DNA of 64,000 nucleotides. It comes from Bifidobacteriaceae bacterium (lineage in GTDB: Bacteria > Actinomycetota > Actinomycetes > Actinomycetales > WQXJ01). The notes beneath the pieces were generated by a model that was not told the DNA's origin, searched no databases, and worked only from the letters and a program-made list of their open reading frames with translations. Positions within the stretch are counted from its first letter, which is position 1. Every line of letters begins with the position of its first letter. The position numbers were made by a program, and so were the translations under genes. The stretch spans positions 3,408 to 67,407 of the forward strand of contig JAITJZ010000044.1 of assembly GCA_031278655.1 (NCBI GenBank). The letters are read 5' to 3'. Shown piece by piece: positions 31,753-40,357 of this stretch.

Positions 31753-32382
31753 ATGCGCAGCGCCCGCCGACCGTCAGCCTCCGACGTGTACCACGCGATG
31801 GTTCGCGGCGTCGCGCGCGCGCCGGTCTTCCGTGACCAGCGCGACTACCGCCGCTACCTGGCGACAGCGCGCACCGTCCTGGACCTGACCGACGCCCGGG
31901 TGCTGGCGTACGCGCTGATGCCGAACCATGCGCATTTCCTGATCGAAGCCGACCTGGCAAACCTGACGGCTTTCTTTCGACGGCTCGGGACGCGCTACGC
32001 GGGGTACTTCAACAAGCGCCATGACCGCGTCGGGCACCTCTTCCAGGACCGCTTCAAGAGCAAGCCGGTAGAGACGGACGCCTACTTGACGACTGCCGTC
32101 GCCTACATCCATCTCAACCCCGTCCGGGCGGGGTTGGCGCGTGACGTTCTCAGCTATCCGTGGAGCTCCCGGGCCGCCTGGCGCCGGCCGGACGGCCTGA
32201 CCGACGTCGATCGGCTCACCGAGTTGGTCGGGATGGCGGCGTTGCGCCAAGCGGAGGCCGATGCCGTCGCGTCGCCCGAAGCGGTGCCCGACCCGTTCGC
32301 CGCCCGGCGCCCGGGACGCCCCCCTGCGTCCGAAATGGGGACGGTCCCGTTCTCAAGTTCGCCGAACCTGGGAGCTGGCTGA
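31753..32382 (+). CDS. REP-associated tyrosine transposase (RAYT; IS200/IS605 TnpA-like Y1 transposase)
   Basis: HUH motif (LMPNHAHFLI), GHLFQDRFKS and the catalytic-Tyr motif AYIHLNPVRAG. ATG 31753 is preceded by GGAGAGAGG; the ORF could also open at GTG 31672. The C-terminal residues EMGTVPFS are encoded by a REP unit. Confidence 0.8.
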   Translation: MRSARRPSASDVYHAMVRGVARAPVFRDQRDYRRYLATARTVLDLTDARVLAYALMPNHAHFLIEADLANLTAFFRRLGTRYAGYFNKRHDRVGHLFQDRFKSKPVETDAYLTTAVAYIHLNPVRAGLARDVLSYPWSSRAAWRRPDGLTDVDRLTELVGMAALRQAEADAVASPEAVPDPFAARRPGRPPASEMGTVPFSSSPNLGAG

Positions 32383-32402
32383 AAATGGGACCGTCCCCAT
32401 TA
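32332..32402. repeat. Head-to-head pair of REP-like units
   Basis: Forward AAATGGGGACGGTCCCGTTCTCAAG (32332-32356) faces inverted CTGGGAGCTGGCTGAAAATGGGACCGTCCCCATTAG (32368-32402). The pair lies between the RAYT 3' end and the stop of the thioredoxin-domain gene. Confidence 0.85.
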
Positions 32403-33305
32403 GAAGAGGAGGGCGGTTAGGCGGCGGCGGGCTTGGGCGACGGCCGGCTCGTCCGGCCCGGCGACCTCGAACAAGTCCAGCAGGCGCAGGCGCAGGCGTT
32501 CGGTGTCCTCGGGACCGGCCGCGCGCAGCGCCTCCAGCAGGCGGCCGAAGCCGACCGCGAACTGGCCAGCCGCCACGTCCTGATCGGCCGCAGCCAGGAC
32601 CGCGTCCAAACCGCCGCCGTCCGCCGGGGACGCATGGGACGCATGGGACGCTTCGGACGCCTCGGCCGCTTCGGCCCCGGCCTCAAGGCGTTCCTGCAAC
32701 TCGATCTGGGCCAGGGCCGCCTTGGCCACCTGATCGGCCGGGGAGTCCGCCAGGGCCTTGGCGAAGGCGCCGCGGGCGGCCGCCAGGTCGCCGCGCTCCA
32801 TCGCCTGATAGCCGGCCTGATGCAGCGGCGGCAGCGGCGGCGGCGCGTCCGGCGCCGCCCCGGGCGCGACCCGGCCGGTGACACCAACGGTGGCGGCGGC
32901 CTTGAGCAACTCGTCGAAGTAATTCTTGACCGCCTCGGCCGGCAGGGCGCCGTTGAACAACGCCACCGGCCGGCCCTGGATCAAGGCCACCACCGATGGC
33001 ACCGATTGGACTTGGAAGGCCGCCGCGATCTCCTGGCTCTTGTCGACGTCGATCTTGGCCAGCAGCAGCCGCCCGCCGTACTCGGCCGCCAGCCGCTCCA
33101 GAACCGGGCTCAGCTGCTTGCACGGCTCGCACCAGGTCGCCCAAAAGTCGATCACCACGGGCACGGTGGCCGACAGGGTCACAAGCTCCTGGAAAGCCGC
33201 CTGACCCTCCACCTCGATGACGTAAGGCGTCCCCGAGCCCGGGGCGGCGGCATCGGCGGCCTTCGCCAAATCCGGCACGCTCGAATCTGCGAAACGATCG
33301 GTCAT
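32400..33305 (-). CDS. Thioredoxin-domain plus TPR-like protein (YbbN/CnoX-like)
   Basis: ORF 32400..33992 trimmed to ATG 33305 (MTDRFADSS...). Trx motif FWATWCEPCKQL. Ala-rich helical C-terminal half. The stop of the upstream gene is 2 nt away. Confidence 0.85.
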   Translation of the reverse strand: MTDRFADSSVPDLAKAADAAAPGSGTPYVIEVEGQAAFQELVTLSATVPVVIDFWATWCEPCKQLSPVLERLAAEYGGRLLLAKIDVDKSQEIAAAFQVQSVPSVVALIQGRPVALFNGALPAEAVKNYFDELLKAAATVGVTGRVAPGAAPDAPPPLPPLHQAGYQAMERGDLAAARGAFAKALADSPADQVAKAALAQIELQERLEAGAEAAEASEASHASHASPADGGGLDAVLAAADQDVAAGQFAVGFGRLLEALRAAGPEDTERLRLRLLDLFEVAGPDEPAVAQARRRLTALLF

Positions 33306-33307
33306 GG

Positions 33308-34396
33308 CTACTCCACTCGCGCGGCCGTGGGCACATCGGCCACGGCGATGACTTTGATTGGCTGGTCTGACCCCTCGGGCGGGATCGCCAGGACGAGGGT
33401 CTGGAGATGTTCGACGTGAACAGACTTGGTGGCGCGCAGGCCGGTCGCGCCCAAGCCGGTGTAACCGGCCGCGCCGATGTCCAGGTAGACGCCCTCGGCC
33501 GGGGTGAAGTTGAGGTCGATGACGGACTGGACCTGGGCGAACACCAACGCCCCGAAATCGGCTGTGGCCAGCGCCGAGACCGACCCTTCGACCATCGCTG
33601 AGGGGGATTCGACGGTGGCCCCGGCGAGCATCGCGGCCTGGTCGCGGTAGGCCTTGGCCAAGATGGTCCAGCGGGCGCGCACCGGATCCGGATCGGCCCC
33701 GTCCTGGGGCACGGTGTCGAAGGCCTGAGCCTGCGCGCCGGTCGGATCGTCCTTGGCGGCGGCGTAAGCCTGCACCGCCGCGATCGGCGACATCTTCAGC
33801 TCCTGCGAGCCCGGATCGACCACATCCGATCCGACGCCGGCTTTGACGGTGTTCGGCATTTTGGCCCCCGCCAGCATCTGCGCCCACAACACCAACTTGT
33901 ACGGGCTGCGGGCGTCGGCCTGCTCCAACTGGTAGACGAACGGCGCCTCGGTGTCGCCCGCCTCGGTGAAGACCGCGAAGGATCGCGGCCACAATTCGGA
34001 GCGGGCCACGACCTGACCGCCCGCGAAGCGCGTCCCCAAGGCGAAGATCTTCTCATCCGGGTTGGCCGCCTTGGCGGCGTACTGGGCCTCGATCATGGTC
34101 AGCGCGGCCCCACCGACGCGCTGCGTCAGCGGCTCGGCGCTCGAGTCGGCCACCGCCTGATCCAACTCGGCGGACAGCTCCCGCAAAATGCGCTCGACCT
34201 GGACGCTTTGGACCACCGGCGGCGGTTCGGCGGGCGGCGGCGGCGGTTTGACCTCAGGGGCCGGGTCGGCGCAGCCCACCACCAGGCCGGCCAGCGCCAA
34301 CACGGCCACCGCCGCCAGCCGCCGTCCAACCGCCGGGCGCGCGGCCGTCAGGCGCGCGCACGCCGGGCGCCCAATCCGCCGATGCCGCGCGCTCAC
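33308..34396 (-). CDS. Lipoprotein of unknown function
   Basis: 362 aa with a signal peptide and lipobox (LAGLVVGCADP) followed by a Pro-rich linker. 4-nt overlap with the upstream gene. Confidence 0.7.
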   Translation of the reverse strand: MSARHRRIGRPACARLTAARPAVGRRLAAVAVLALAGLVVGCADPAPEVKPPPPPAEPPPVVQSVQVERILRELSAELDQAVADSSAEPLTQRVGGAALTMIEAQYAAKAANPDEKIFALGTRFAGGQVVARSELWPRSFAVFTEAGDTEAPFVYQLEQADARSPYKLVLWAQMLAGAKMPNTVKAGVGSDVVDPGSQELKMSPIAAVQAYAAAKDDPTGAQAQAFDTVPQDGADPDPVRARWTILAKAYRDQAAMLAGATVESPSAMVEGSVSALATADFGALVFAQVQSVIDLNFTPAEGVYLDIGAAGYTGLGATGLRATKSVHVEHLQTLVLAIPPEGSDQPIKVIAVADVPTAARVE

Positions 34397-36027
34397 GTCT
34401 CGCTCCCCTCGTCCGTTTGCATTCGCACCTGGGGGCGGGCGGCCGGGCCGAGGCTCGACCAGGGCGGCAGTTCGCCGGTCACGCGCCCGGAGTTGTGCAG
34501 GGCGTCAGCCGCCGCCCGCTCCGCCTCGCGGATCTGGCGCCGGGTCAGCCTGGCGGCCGAGCCGACGCCGGCCGCGGCCGCCATCGCCGCCGCGATGGTG
34601 GCGGCGGCGTCATCGGCCATCGAGGTGTGGCTCTGACGCAGAGCCGCGATCTTCTGGGCGGCGGTGGCCGGGGGCAGACTCGGCGCCTGGCGGCGCGGCA
34701 ACCCCACGGCGCTGGGCGTGGCCACCGGCTCGTAACGCCCCGGCTGCTCCAGCGGCGCCTGGCTCAAGCGGCCGAGCGGCGAGGCCGGCGCCGGGTCGGG
34801 GCTGAGCGCCCATGGCGACGCCGGGCGCGGCTCGGGCTGGGGCTCAGCCGGGCTGGGCGGTTCTGGCGCGGCTGGCGCGGGTCCCGGCTGGGCGCCGTCC
34901 GGCGCCCTCCGGCCCACAGTTGGTTCGGACTCGCCGAAGGCGGGCTGGGGCCGGCCCGCGGCCGGCCGCGACTGTTCCATGACCGCCGCGGCTTGGCCCA
35001 GGCTCGGCTGGTCTTCGAGCGGCCTGGCCGGCGGAGGCAGTTCGTCGGCCTGAAGGTCCTGGTAGCGCGGATCGGGAGCGGCCAGCCGCTCCCAATTCCG
35101 GTTCGGGGTGGCCAGCCCCAGATCGAGCTTCGGCGGCTCGGGCTCGACCGGCGGCTCCTCGGCCATCACGGCCTCGCTCTGCGGCGCCGGGCGGCGCCAG
35201 AACCAGCGCCGCCTCGGTTTGGCCGCCGCCGGCTCGCCCGGCGGCTGGGCGCCGCCGCCATCCGTGCTGGCCGCCTCGGCGCCGGACTCCTCCGCCAAAA
35301 CCCGGCTGCCCGGCAACGCCGGGCCACCGGCCAACGCCGGAATCGGCTCGCCCGCGGGCGGCGCGCTCCCGGCCGCGGCCACGGCCGCACGCCTCGCCGG
35401 CCCCCGGCGGCGTCCACGCGCCAACCCGATCAACCCGCCCAAAGCCAACAGGGCGCCAACCGTCACCCCCGGCCAAAGCAACGGCGTGCGCACAACTTGC
35501 GGCCACGTCATCGTCAGCCGAAGGCCTTCCAGATCGGCGGCATCGTCCGCCTCGCCGCCCGTCGGCGCGATCAGCAACGACCAACGGCCGTCCGTCTTCT
35601 GCCACTTGACCTCGCCGCCATCGTCGAATTCGCGCGACAATATCCACAAATCCGAGCCCAACGGGTCCGGCAAAGGCACGTCCGAGCCGGACTCGCCCAC
35701 AACGAAGGTCTCGCGGTCCGCGAACTGGGTCAAATGCTCGGCCGGGGAATCCGCCACCCAGGCGGTGACGTCGGTGTCCCGCCCGACGGCGACCACCACC
35801 TTGCGCTTCGCCTCGACCGTTATCTCCACGCTGTCAGCTTGGGCCTCCATCACACCCGGCTCGGCCACGAGCGCCTGGACCGCGTCCCCAACCGTGTGAA
35901 CTGCGCTGACATGATCATCAGGGCGCCAAACGGTGGCCGAGCAAACGGCCAAGCCGACAAGGAGCAGGCCCAAGCCCAAGGCGCCCCACGCCAACCAACG
36001 TCTCAACACACTCAAATCCTCTAGCAT
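34393..36027 (-). CDS. Membrane protein with a long Pro/Ala-rich cytoplasmic tail, unknown function
   Basis: 544 aa. N-terminal TM segment, ~170-aa extracytoplasmic domain, a second TM segment (LLWPGVTVGALLALGGLIGL), then a low-complexity Pro-rich region and a conserved-looking C-terminus (TRRQIREAERAAADALHNSGRVTGELPPW). Confidence 0.65.
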   Translation of the reverse strand: MLEDLSVLRRWLAWGALGLGLLLVGLAVCSATVWRPDDHVSAVHTVGDAVQALVAEPGVMEAQADSVEITVEAKRKVVVAVGRDTDVTAWVADSPAEHLTQFADRETFVVGESGSDVPLPDPLGSDLWILSREFDDGGEVKWQKTDGRWSLLIAPTGGEADDAADLEGLRLTMTWPQVVRTPLLWPGVTVGALLALGGLIGLARGRRRGPARRAAVAAAGSAPPAGEPIPALAGGPALPGSRVLAEESGAEAASTDGGGAQPPGEPAAAKPRRRWFWRRPAPQSEAVMAEEPPVEPEPPKLDLGLATPNRNWERLAAPDPRYQDLQADELPPPARPLEDQPSLGQAAAVMEQSRPAAGRPQPAFGESEPTVGRRAPDGAQPGPAPAAPEPPSPAEPQPEPRPASPWALSPDPAPASPLGRLSQAPLEQPGRYEPVATPSAVGLPRRQAPSLPPATAAQKIAALRQSHTSMADDAAATIAAAMAAAAGVGSAARLTRRQIREAERAAADALHNSGRVTGELPPWSSLGPAARPQVRMQTDEGSET

Positions 36028-36120
36028 TCACCCGATCGACGACAGTTCAGTTGATTACCCTAACGGCTATGCTCCCCGCCCGCCCAACCGAAGGGACGTT
36101 GTCTATGTTTATCAAGGCGC

Positions 36121-36184
36121 CGGGCGTGAGGCGCGCACGCAACCCCGGTCAAGTTCGGGCGCCCGCAACTTGACCGGGGTTAGC
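36121..36184. repeat. 64-bp repeat copy A with a 15-bp perfect inverted repeat
   Basis: CGGGCGTGAGGCGCGCACGC-AACCCCGGTCAAGTT-CGGGCGCCCGC-AACTTGACCGGGGTT-AGC. Confidence 0.9.
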
Positions 36185-36287
36185 TGCTTGGCGGGGCTCG
36201 GCTGGGACCGGGCGCTGGTTGAACGGTGGCCGCCACACCGCTGTGACCAGCGACGACGCCGCCGCTGCGGCGTGTTGGGCTTGGCGT

Positions 36288-36351
36288 CGGGCGTGAGGCG
36301 CGCACGTAACCCCGGTCAAGTTCGGGCGCCCGCAACTTGACCGGGGTTAGC
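36288..36351. repeat. 64-bp repeat copy B with a 15-bp perfect inverted repeat
   Basis: Identical to copy A except one C/T difference just before the stem. It lies 167 bp downstream of copy A in the same orientation. Confidence 0.9.
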
Positions 36352-36624
36352 GACCCAGCCGCCTGTGCCGTCGCCGTGATGGGGAAAGCGGGACCGGACA
36401 TAACGCCCAGCGCAACGCCCTTACCTGCGCAGACCAGCCACTTTCGCGTTGGGCGCCGCAGGGCCAAATGCCTCCCCCAAAACACCTCGTCGGCGGGGCC
36501 GGCGCGAACCCACGAAGACTAACTCTTAAATTACGGTTCCTTTGCTCCCCGACTTACCACTAGGCTAAAGTCGCTGCGTGTAAACCGCCGGGTCTCCCTG
36601 GCGCCCCGTCCATGGAGGTTTTCT

Positions 36625-38601
36625 GTGTCAAACTATGGGTTCCCGAACGCCGTGCGCGGTTACGACCGCCAGGCCGTCGACCAGCAAATAGCGACCTTGG
36701 AGCAGAATCTGACCGAAGCCCAAGGCCAAGTGAAGGAGCTTGAGTCCAGGGTCGATGCCTTGGGGGCTGAGCTAGGCGAGGCCCACCGCCAACTCCGGGA
36801 AGCCGAACGTCCCAGTTACTCTGGCCTCGGCGCCCGCATCGAGCAATTGATGCGCTCCGCCGAGGAACAGTCGATGGACGTCCTCAACCAGGCCCGGTCC
36901 CAGTCCTCGGCGCTGCTGGCGAGGACCAAGCTGGAGACCGACCAGTTGAAGGCCCAGGCTGAGAACGAGGTCACAGAAATGCTGGCCACCGCCCGCCGCG
37001 AGGCGGAGGAGACGCTGGCGGCCGCCCAGGCCGAGGCCGAGGCGGAGCTGACGAACGCTTCACGCCGGGCCGAGGAAATGGTCGGATCGGCCGAACGCGA
37101 GGCCGCCCGGGTGATGGGCAACATCGCCTCCGAGGAAGCCGAGCGCCGCGCCTCGCTCGAGCGCGAGATCGCCGCCCTGACGGCCTCCGTCGAACGCGAG
37201 ACCACCGAGCTGCGGGTCAACGCCGAGCGCGAGGCCGCCGAATTGCGGTCATCGGTGGCGGTCGAAGTCGCCTCCCAGCGGCAAGACGCCGAACGCTATT
37301 CCACCCAACTGCGTTCGGCGGCGGACCAAGAGACCGCCGCCCTGCGCCTGGCGACCGACCAAGAGACCTCCCAACTGCGGGCCGACGCCGAGGAATACGC
37401 CTCCCAGACACGCGCCGGCGTCCAACGCGAAGCCCAAGACTTGAAGGCCACAGCCGAGAACGAAGCCTCAGAGCGCCGCTCGGCCGCGGACCAATACGCC
37501 CAACAGGTCCGCTCCAACGCCGACCAATACGCTCAGCAACTGCGCTCCGACGCCGAGCAGTACGCCCTCCAGATCCGGTCTGAGGCCGAGCATTACGCCC
37601 AGCAGACCCGCGCCGACGCCGAGCAGTTCGAGCAGACGACCCGTTCGGCCGCCGAATTGGCGGCCCACGAGCTGCGCAACTCGGCCGAGCGCGAGGCCAC
37701 CGACCTGCTGTCCTCGACCAACCGCGAGGCCATCGAGTTGAAGGAGTCGGCTGACCGCTACGCCACCCAGACCCGCGCCGAGGCCGACCGCGCCGCCTCC
37801 GAGGTCTACGAGGAAGCCCGCTCCCGGGCCGAGGAACTGACCACCCGCTCCGAGCGCGAAGCCTCGACCCTGCTGGCCGAGGCCAAGAAGCAGGCGGCCG
37901 CCCTGACAGAGCGGGCCGAGGAATGGCGGGCCGAGTCGGAGATCGAGATCGCCCAGCGGATCGAGGCGGCCGAGGCCGCCAACGCCGAGCGCTTCGAGTC
38001 TTCCAAGGCCAAGGCGGACCGACTCATCGCCGAGGCCAACGCCCGCGCCGAGGAAGCCGAGGAGCGTGTCGCTCAAGCCCTGGCCCGCGCCGAGAAGCTC
38101 CGCCACGACGCCGACCAGCAGGCCTCCGATCTGCTGGCGAACGCCCGGCGGAACGCCGACCGAGTGCTCCAAGACGCCCGCTCCTTCGCCGAGCGCACGC
38201 TCAACGAGGCGGTCGAGGAAGCCGAGCGCGAGCGCATCTCCGTTCAGCGCCAGGTGGACGACCTCAACCGCCAACGCGAGGCCATCACCGGCTACCTGGA
38301 GGAATTGCGCGGACTGCTCGGCGCCACGCCGATGCCGAACATCGACGCCGTCCTCGACTCGGCCCCGGCGCCCACGGCGCTGCCGGCGGGCGAGCCGGAG
38401 GCGACCGGTTACGATTCGCCGGCCTACGACCAAGCCGAATATGAGCCGGTCTACGACGCCGCCGATGACGACGGCCAGGACTACAGCGGCGAGCTCGAGA
38501 TCGAGGTCGAAGTGACACAGGCCGAGTTGTTCACCGAGGCCGAGATCGAGATCGAAGCCGAGCCTGATCCCGACGAGCCAGATCAGGGCCAGACCGCCTG
38601 A
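36625..38601 (+). CDS. DivIVA-domain protein with an extended hendecad-repeat coiled coil and acidic tail
   Basis: 658 aa. GTG start preceded by GGAGG. N-terminus FPNAVRGYDRQAVDQQIATLE is DivIVA-like. 11-residue repeats ADQYAQQVRSN/ADQYAQQLRSD/AEQYALQIRSE/AEHYAQQTRAD/AEQFEQTTRSA. Asp/Glu-rich C-terminus. Confidence 0.85.
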   Translation: MSNYGFPNAVRGYDRQAVDQQIATLEQNLTEAQGQVKELESRVDALGAELGEAHRQLREAERPSYSGLGARIEQLMRSAEEQSMDVLNQARSQSSALLARTKLETDQLKAQAENEVTEMLATARREAEETLAAAQAEAEAELTNASRRAEEMVGSAEREAARVMGNIASEEAERRASLEREIAALTASVERETTELRVNAEREAAELRSSVAVEVASQRQDAERYSTQLRSAADQETAALRLATDQETSQLRADAEEYASQTRAGVQREAQDLKATAENEASERRSAADQYAQQVRSNADQYAQQLRSDAEQYALQIRSEAEHYAQQTRADAEQFEQTTRSAAELAAHELRNSAEREATDLLSSTNREAIELKESADRYATQTRAEADRAASEVYEEARSRAEELTTRSEREASTLLAEAKKQAAALTERAEEWRAESEIEIAQRIEAAEAANAERFESSKAKADRLIAEANARAEEAEERVAQALARAEKLRHDADQQASDLLANARRNADRVLQDARSFAERTLNEAVEEAERERISVQRQVDDLNRQREAITGYLEELRGLLGATPMPNIDAVLDSAPAPTALPAGEPEATGYDSPAYDQAEYEPVYDAADDDGQDYSGELEIEVEVTQAELFTEAEIEIEAEPDPDEPDQGQTA

Positions 38602-38614
38602 TCCAGCCATTTCG

Positions 38615-40288
38615 ATGTCAAGCGAGGACCCGCGCGCTGGCGAGCTTGAGGCGGCACTCGCCATGGCGCGCGAACGCGCCCAGAGTTTGATCGCCAGCGG
38701 GCAGGTCATGGCCGCGGAGCTGGACCAGGTGCGTTCGCAGTTGGCGGACCAGGCTTGGCGCCAGCCCGGGCGGCGCCAGGGCCAGGTGGCGGAGTTCGCG
38801 GGCCAACTCGAGGCCGAGGTGGCCGCCCGTCAGGCGGCCATCGCCGAGCGCGCCACCGAATTGACCGACCAGGCCGGAGTCATGGCCGCGCGTGAGCGCC
38901 AGCAAGCCGAACACGCCCATCGCACCCTCCTTGACTTGGCGCGCCGCGAATTGGAGGAGCTGAAGGCGACGGCCGAACGGCGGGCCAAGACCGCCCGCGA
39001 GGACGGCCAGCGCCGCGCCCGCGAGGTCACCGCCCAGGCTCAGCGCCGCGCCAGCGCCCTGAGGGACTCGGCCAGCAAGGCCGCCCTGGAGCGCCGCCAG
39101 ATGATAGTCCGGGAGTCGGCCGCGCTGTCGCAGAGCGCCGAACGCGAGACCCAGACCATGCGGGCGGTGGCCGAACGCGAAGCCCAGGAGCTGATCGGCG
39201 AGGCCAAACGCGAGGCCGACGAACTGCTCGCCTCCACCGCCGCCGAACTCGAGGCGATGGTGGCCACCGCCGCCGCCGACTCGGCGGCCCTCCAGGGCCG
39301 CGTCCAGGCCGAGATGGATCAACTCAGGGCCGCCGCCCGGGCGCAGGCCGACCAGGTCAGAGGCGCCGCCGATGATGAGGCGGAAGATTTGCTGACGCGG
39401 CTGCGGGCGGATGTGGACCGCGAGCTGACCGCCGCCGAACGCCACGGCATGGCCCAGCGCGCCCGAGCCGCCGAGGAAGCGGGCCAAGTCCGGTCCGCCG
39501 CCCAGGGCGAGACCCGCGTGCTCAGGGCCGAGGCCGAGGCTTATTCCCGCTCCGTCCGCGAGCAAGCCGACGCCGACGCCTCCGCGAAGCGCGCCGAAGC
39601 CATGGTTTACGCCTCCAAGACCAGGGAGGACGCCGAGCGCGACGCCTCCAACCTGACCACACACGCCCGCATTGAGGCGGGCCAGATTCGGACCGAGGCG
39701 CACCAGAGCACAACCCAGGTCAAATTGGCGGCCGACGAGTTCGCCAAGACGCGCATGGCCGAGGCCCGCGCCGAGGCCGACAAACTGATGAGCGCCGCCA
39801 GACAGGAGTCGACAGCCGTCCTGGCCGAGGCCCGCGCCGAAGCCGACCGGCTGGTCGACAACGCCCGCGCCGAGGTAGCCCGCGCCGAGCGGGCCATCGC
39901 CAAGCGCACCGAGGTCAACCTCGAGCGCCTGGCCGAAGACCGCGAACGCTCCATCAAGGAGGCCGAACGGGTCCTGGCGGGCCCGGCCGAGCAGCGCACC
40001 ATCGCCACCCAGCAACTCCTCGAAGCCCAAGAGCAGGCCGCCCGGGTCATGAGCCACGCCGACGAGTACGCCGAGGTCCTCTCGGCCGGCGCCAAAGAGG
40101 AGGCCGACCAGATTCTCGCCACCGCCAACACCACGGCCGGGCAAATCATGGACCAGGCCATCGCCGACGCCCAGGAGCACCGCCGCGCCGCCCAACTGAC
40201 CATCGACCGGCTCGAAGTCCAGCGCCAGGCGCTCGACAACTACCTCTCCCGCCTGCGCCGACTGGTGTCGCGCAACCTCGGGACCTGA
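38615..40288 (+). CDS. Long coiled-coil protein, paralogous to the preceding gene
   Basis: 557 aa, almost entirely Ala/Glu/Arg/Gln-rich helical repeats. Shares the C-terminal block (IDRLEVQRQALDNYLSRLRRLV versus RQVDDLNRQREAITGYLEELRGLL). Starts 13 nt after the previous stop. Confidence 0.8.
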   Translation: MSSEDPRAGELEAALAMARERAQSLIASGQVMAAELDQVRSQLADQAWRQPGRRQGQVAEFAGQLEAEVAARQAAIAERATELTDQAGVMAARERQQAEHAHRTLLDLARRELEELKATAERRAKTAREDGQRRAREVTAQAQRRASALRDSASKAALERRQMIVRESAALSQSAERETQTMRAVAEREAQELIGEAKREADELLASTAAELEAMVATAAADSAALQGRVQAEMDQLRAAARAQADQVRGAADDEAEDLLTRLRADVDRELTAAERHGMAQRARAAEEAGQVRSAAQGETRVLRAEAEAYSRSVREQADADASAKRAEAMVYASKTREDAERDASNLTTHARIEAGQIRTEAHQSTTQVKLAADEFAKTRMAEARAEADKLMSAARQESTAVLAEARAEADRLVDNARAEVARAERAIAKRTEVNLERLAEDRERSIKEAERVLAGPAEQRTIATQQLLEAQEQAARVMSHADEYAEVLSAGAKEEADQILATANTTAGQIMDQAIADAQEHRRAAQLTIDRLEVQRQALDNYLSRLRRLVSRNLGT

Positions 40289-40357
40289 CAGCGGCGGGCG
40301 ACCGCGCGGCATCGGCGGTTAACACGATTTGGCCGGCCGCGGCCGACGCGCCAAAAT

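Larger units (their letters stand above)
31257..32402 (+). mobile_element. REP/RAYT locus: Y1 transposase gene bracketed by inverted REP-like palindromic units
   Basis: See the component repeat and CDS features. Forward units lie at 31257-31340 and 32332-32356, inverted units at 31621-31667 and 32368-32402. Confidence 0.7.

Noticed and set aside
32400-33992. 530-aa version of the thioredoxin-domain ORF
   Set aside because: The upstream 229 codons overlap the lipoprotein gene in another frame and look non-protein-like. ATG 33305 sits 2 nt after the lipoprotein stop and starts the Trx homology.
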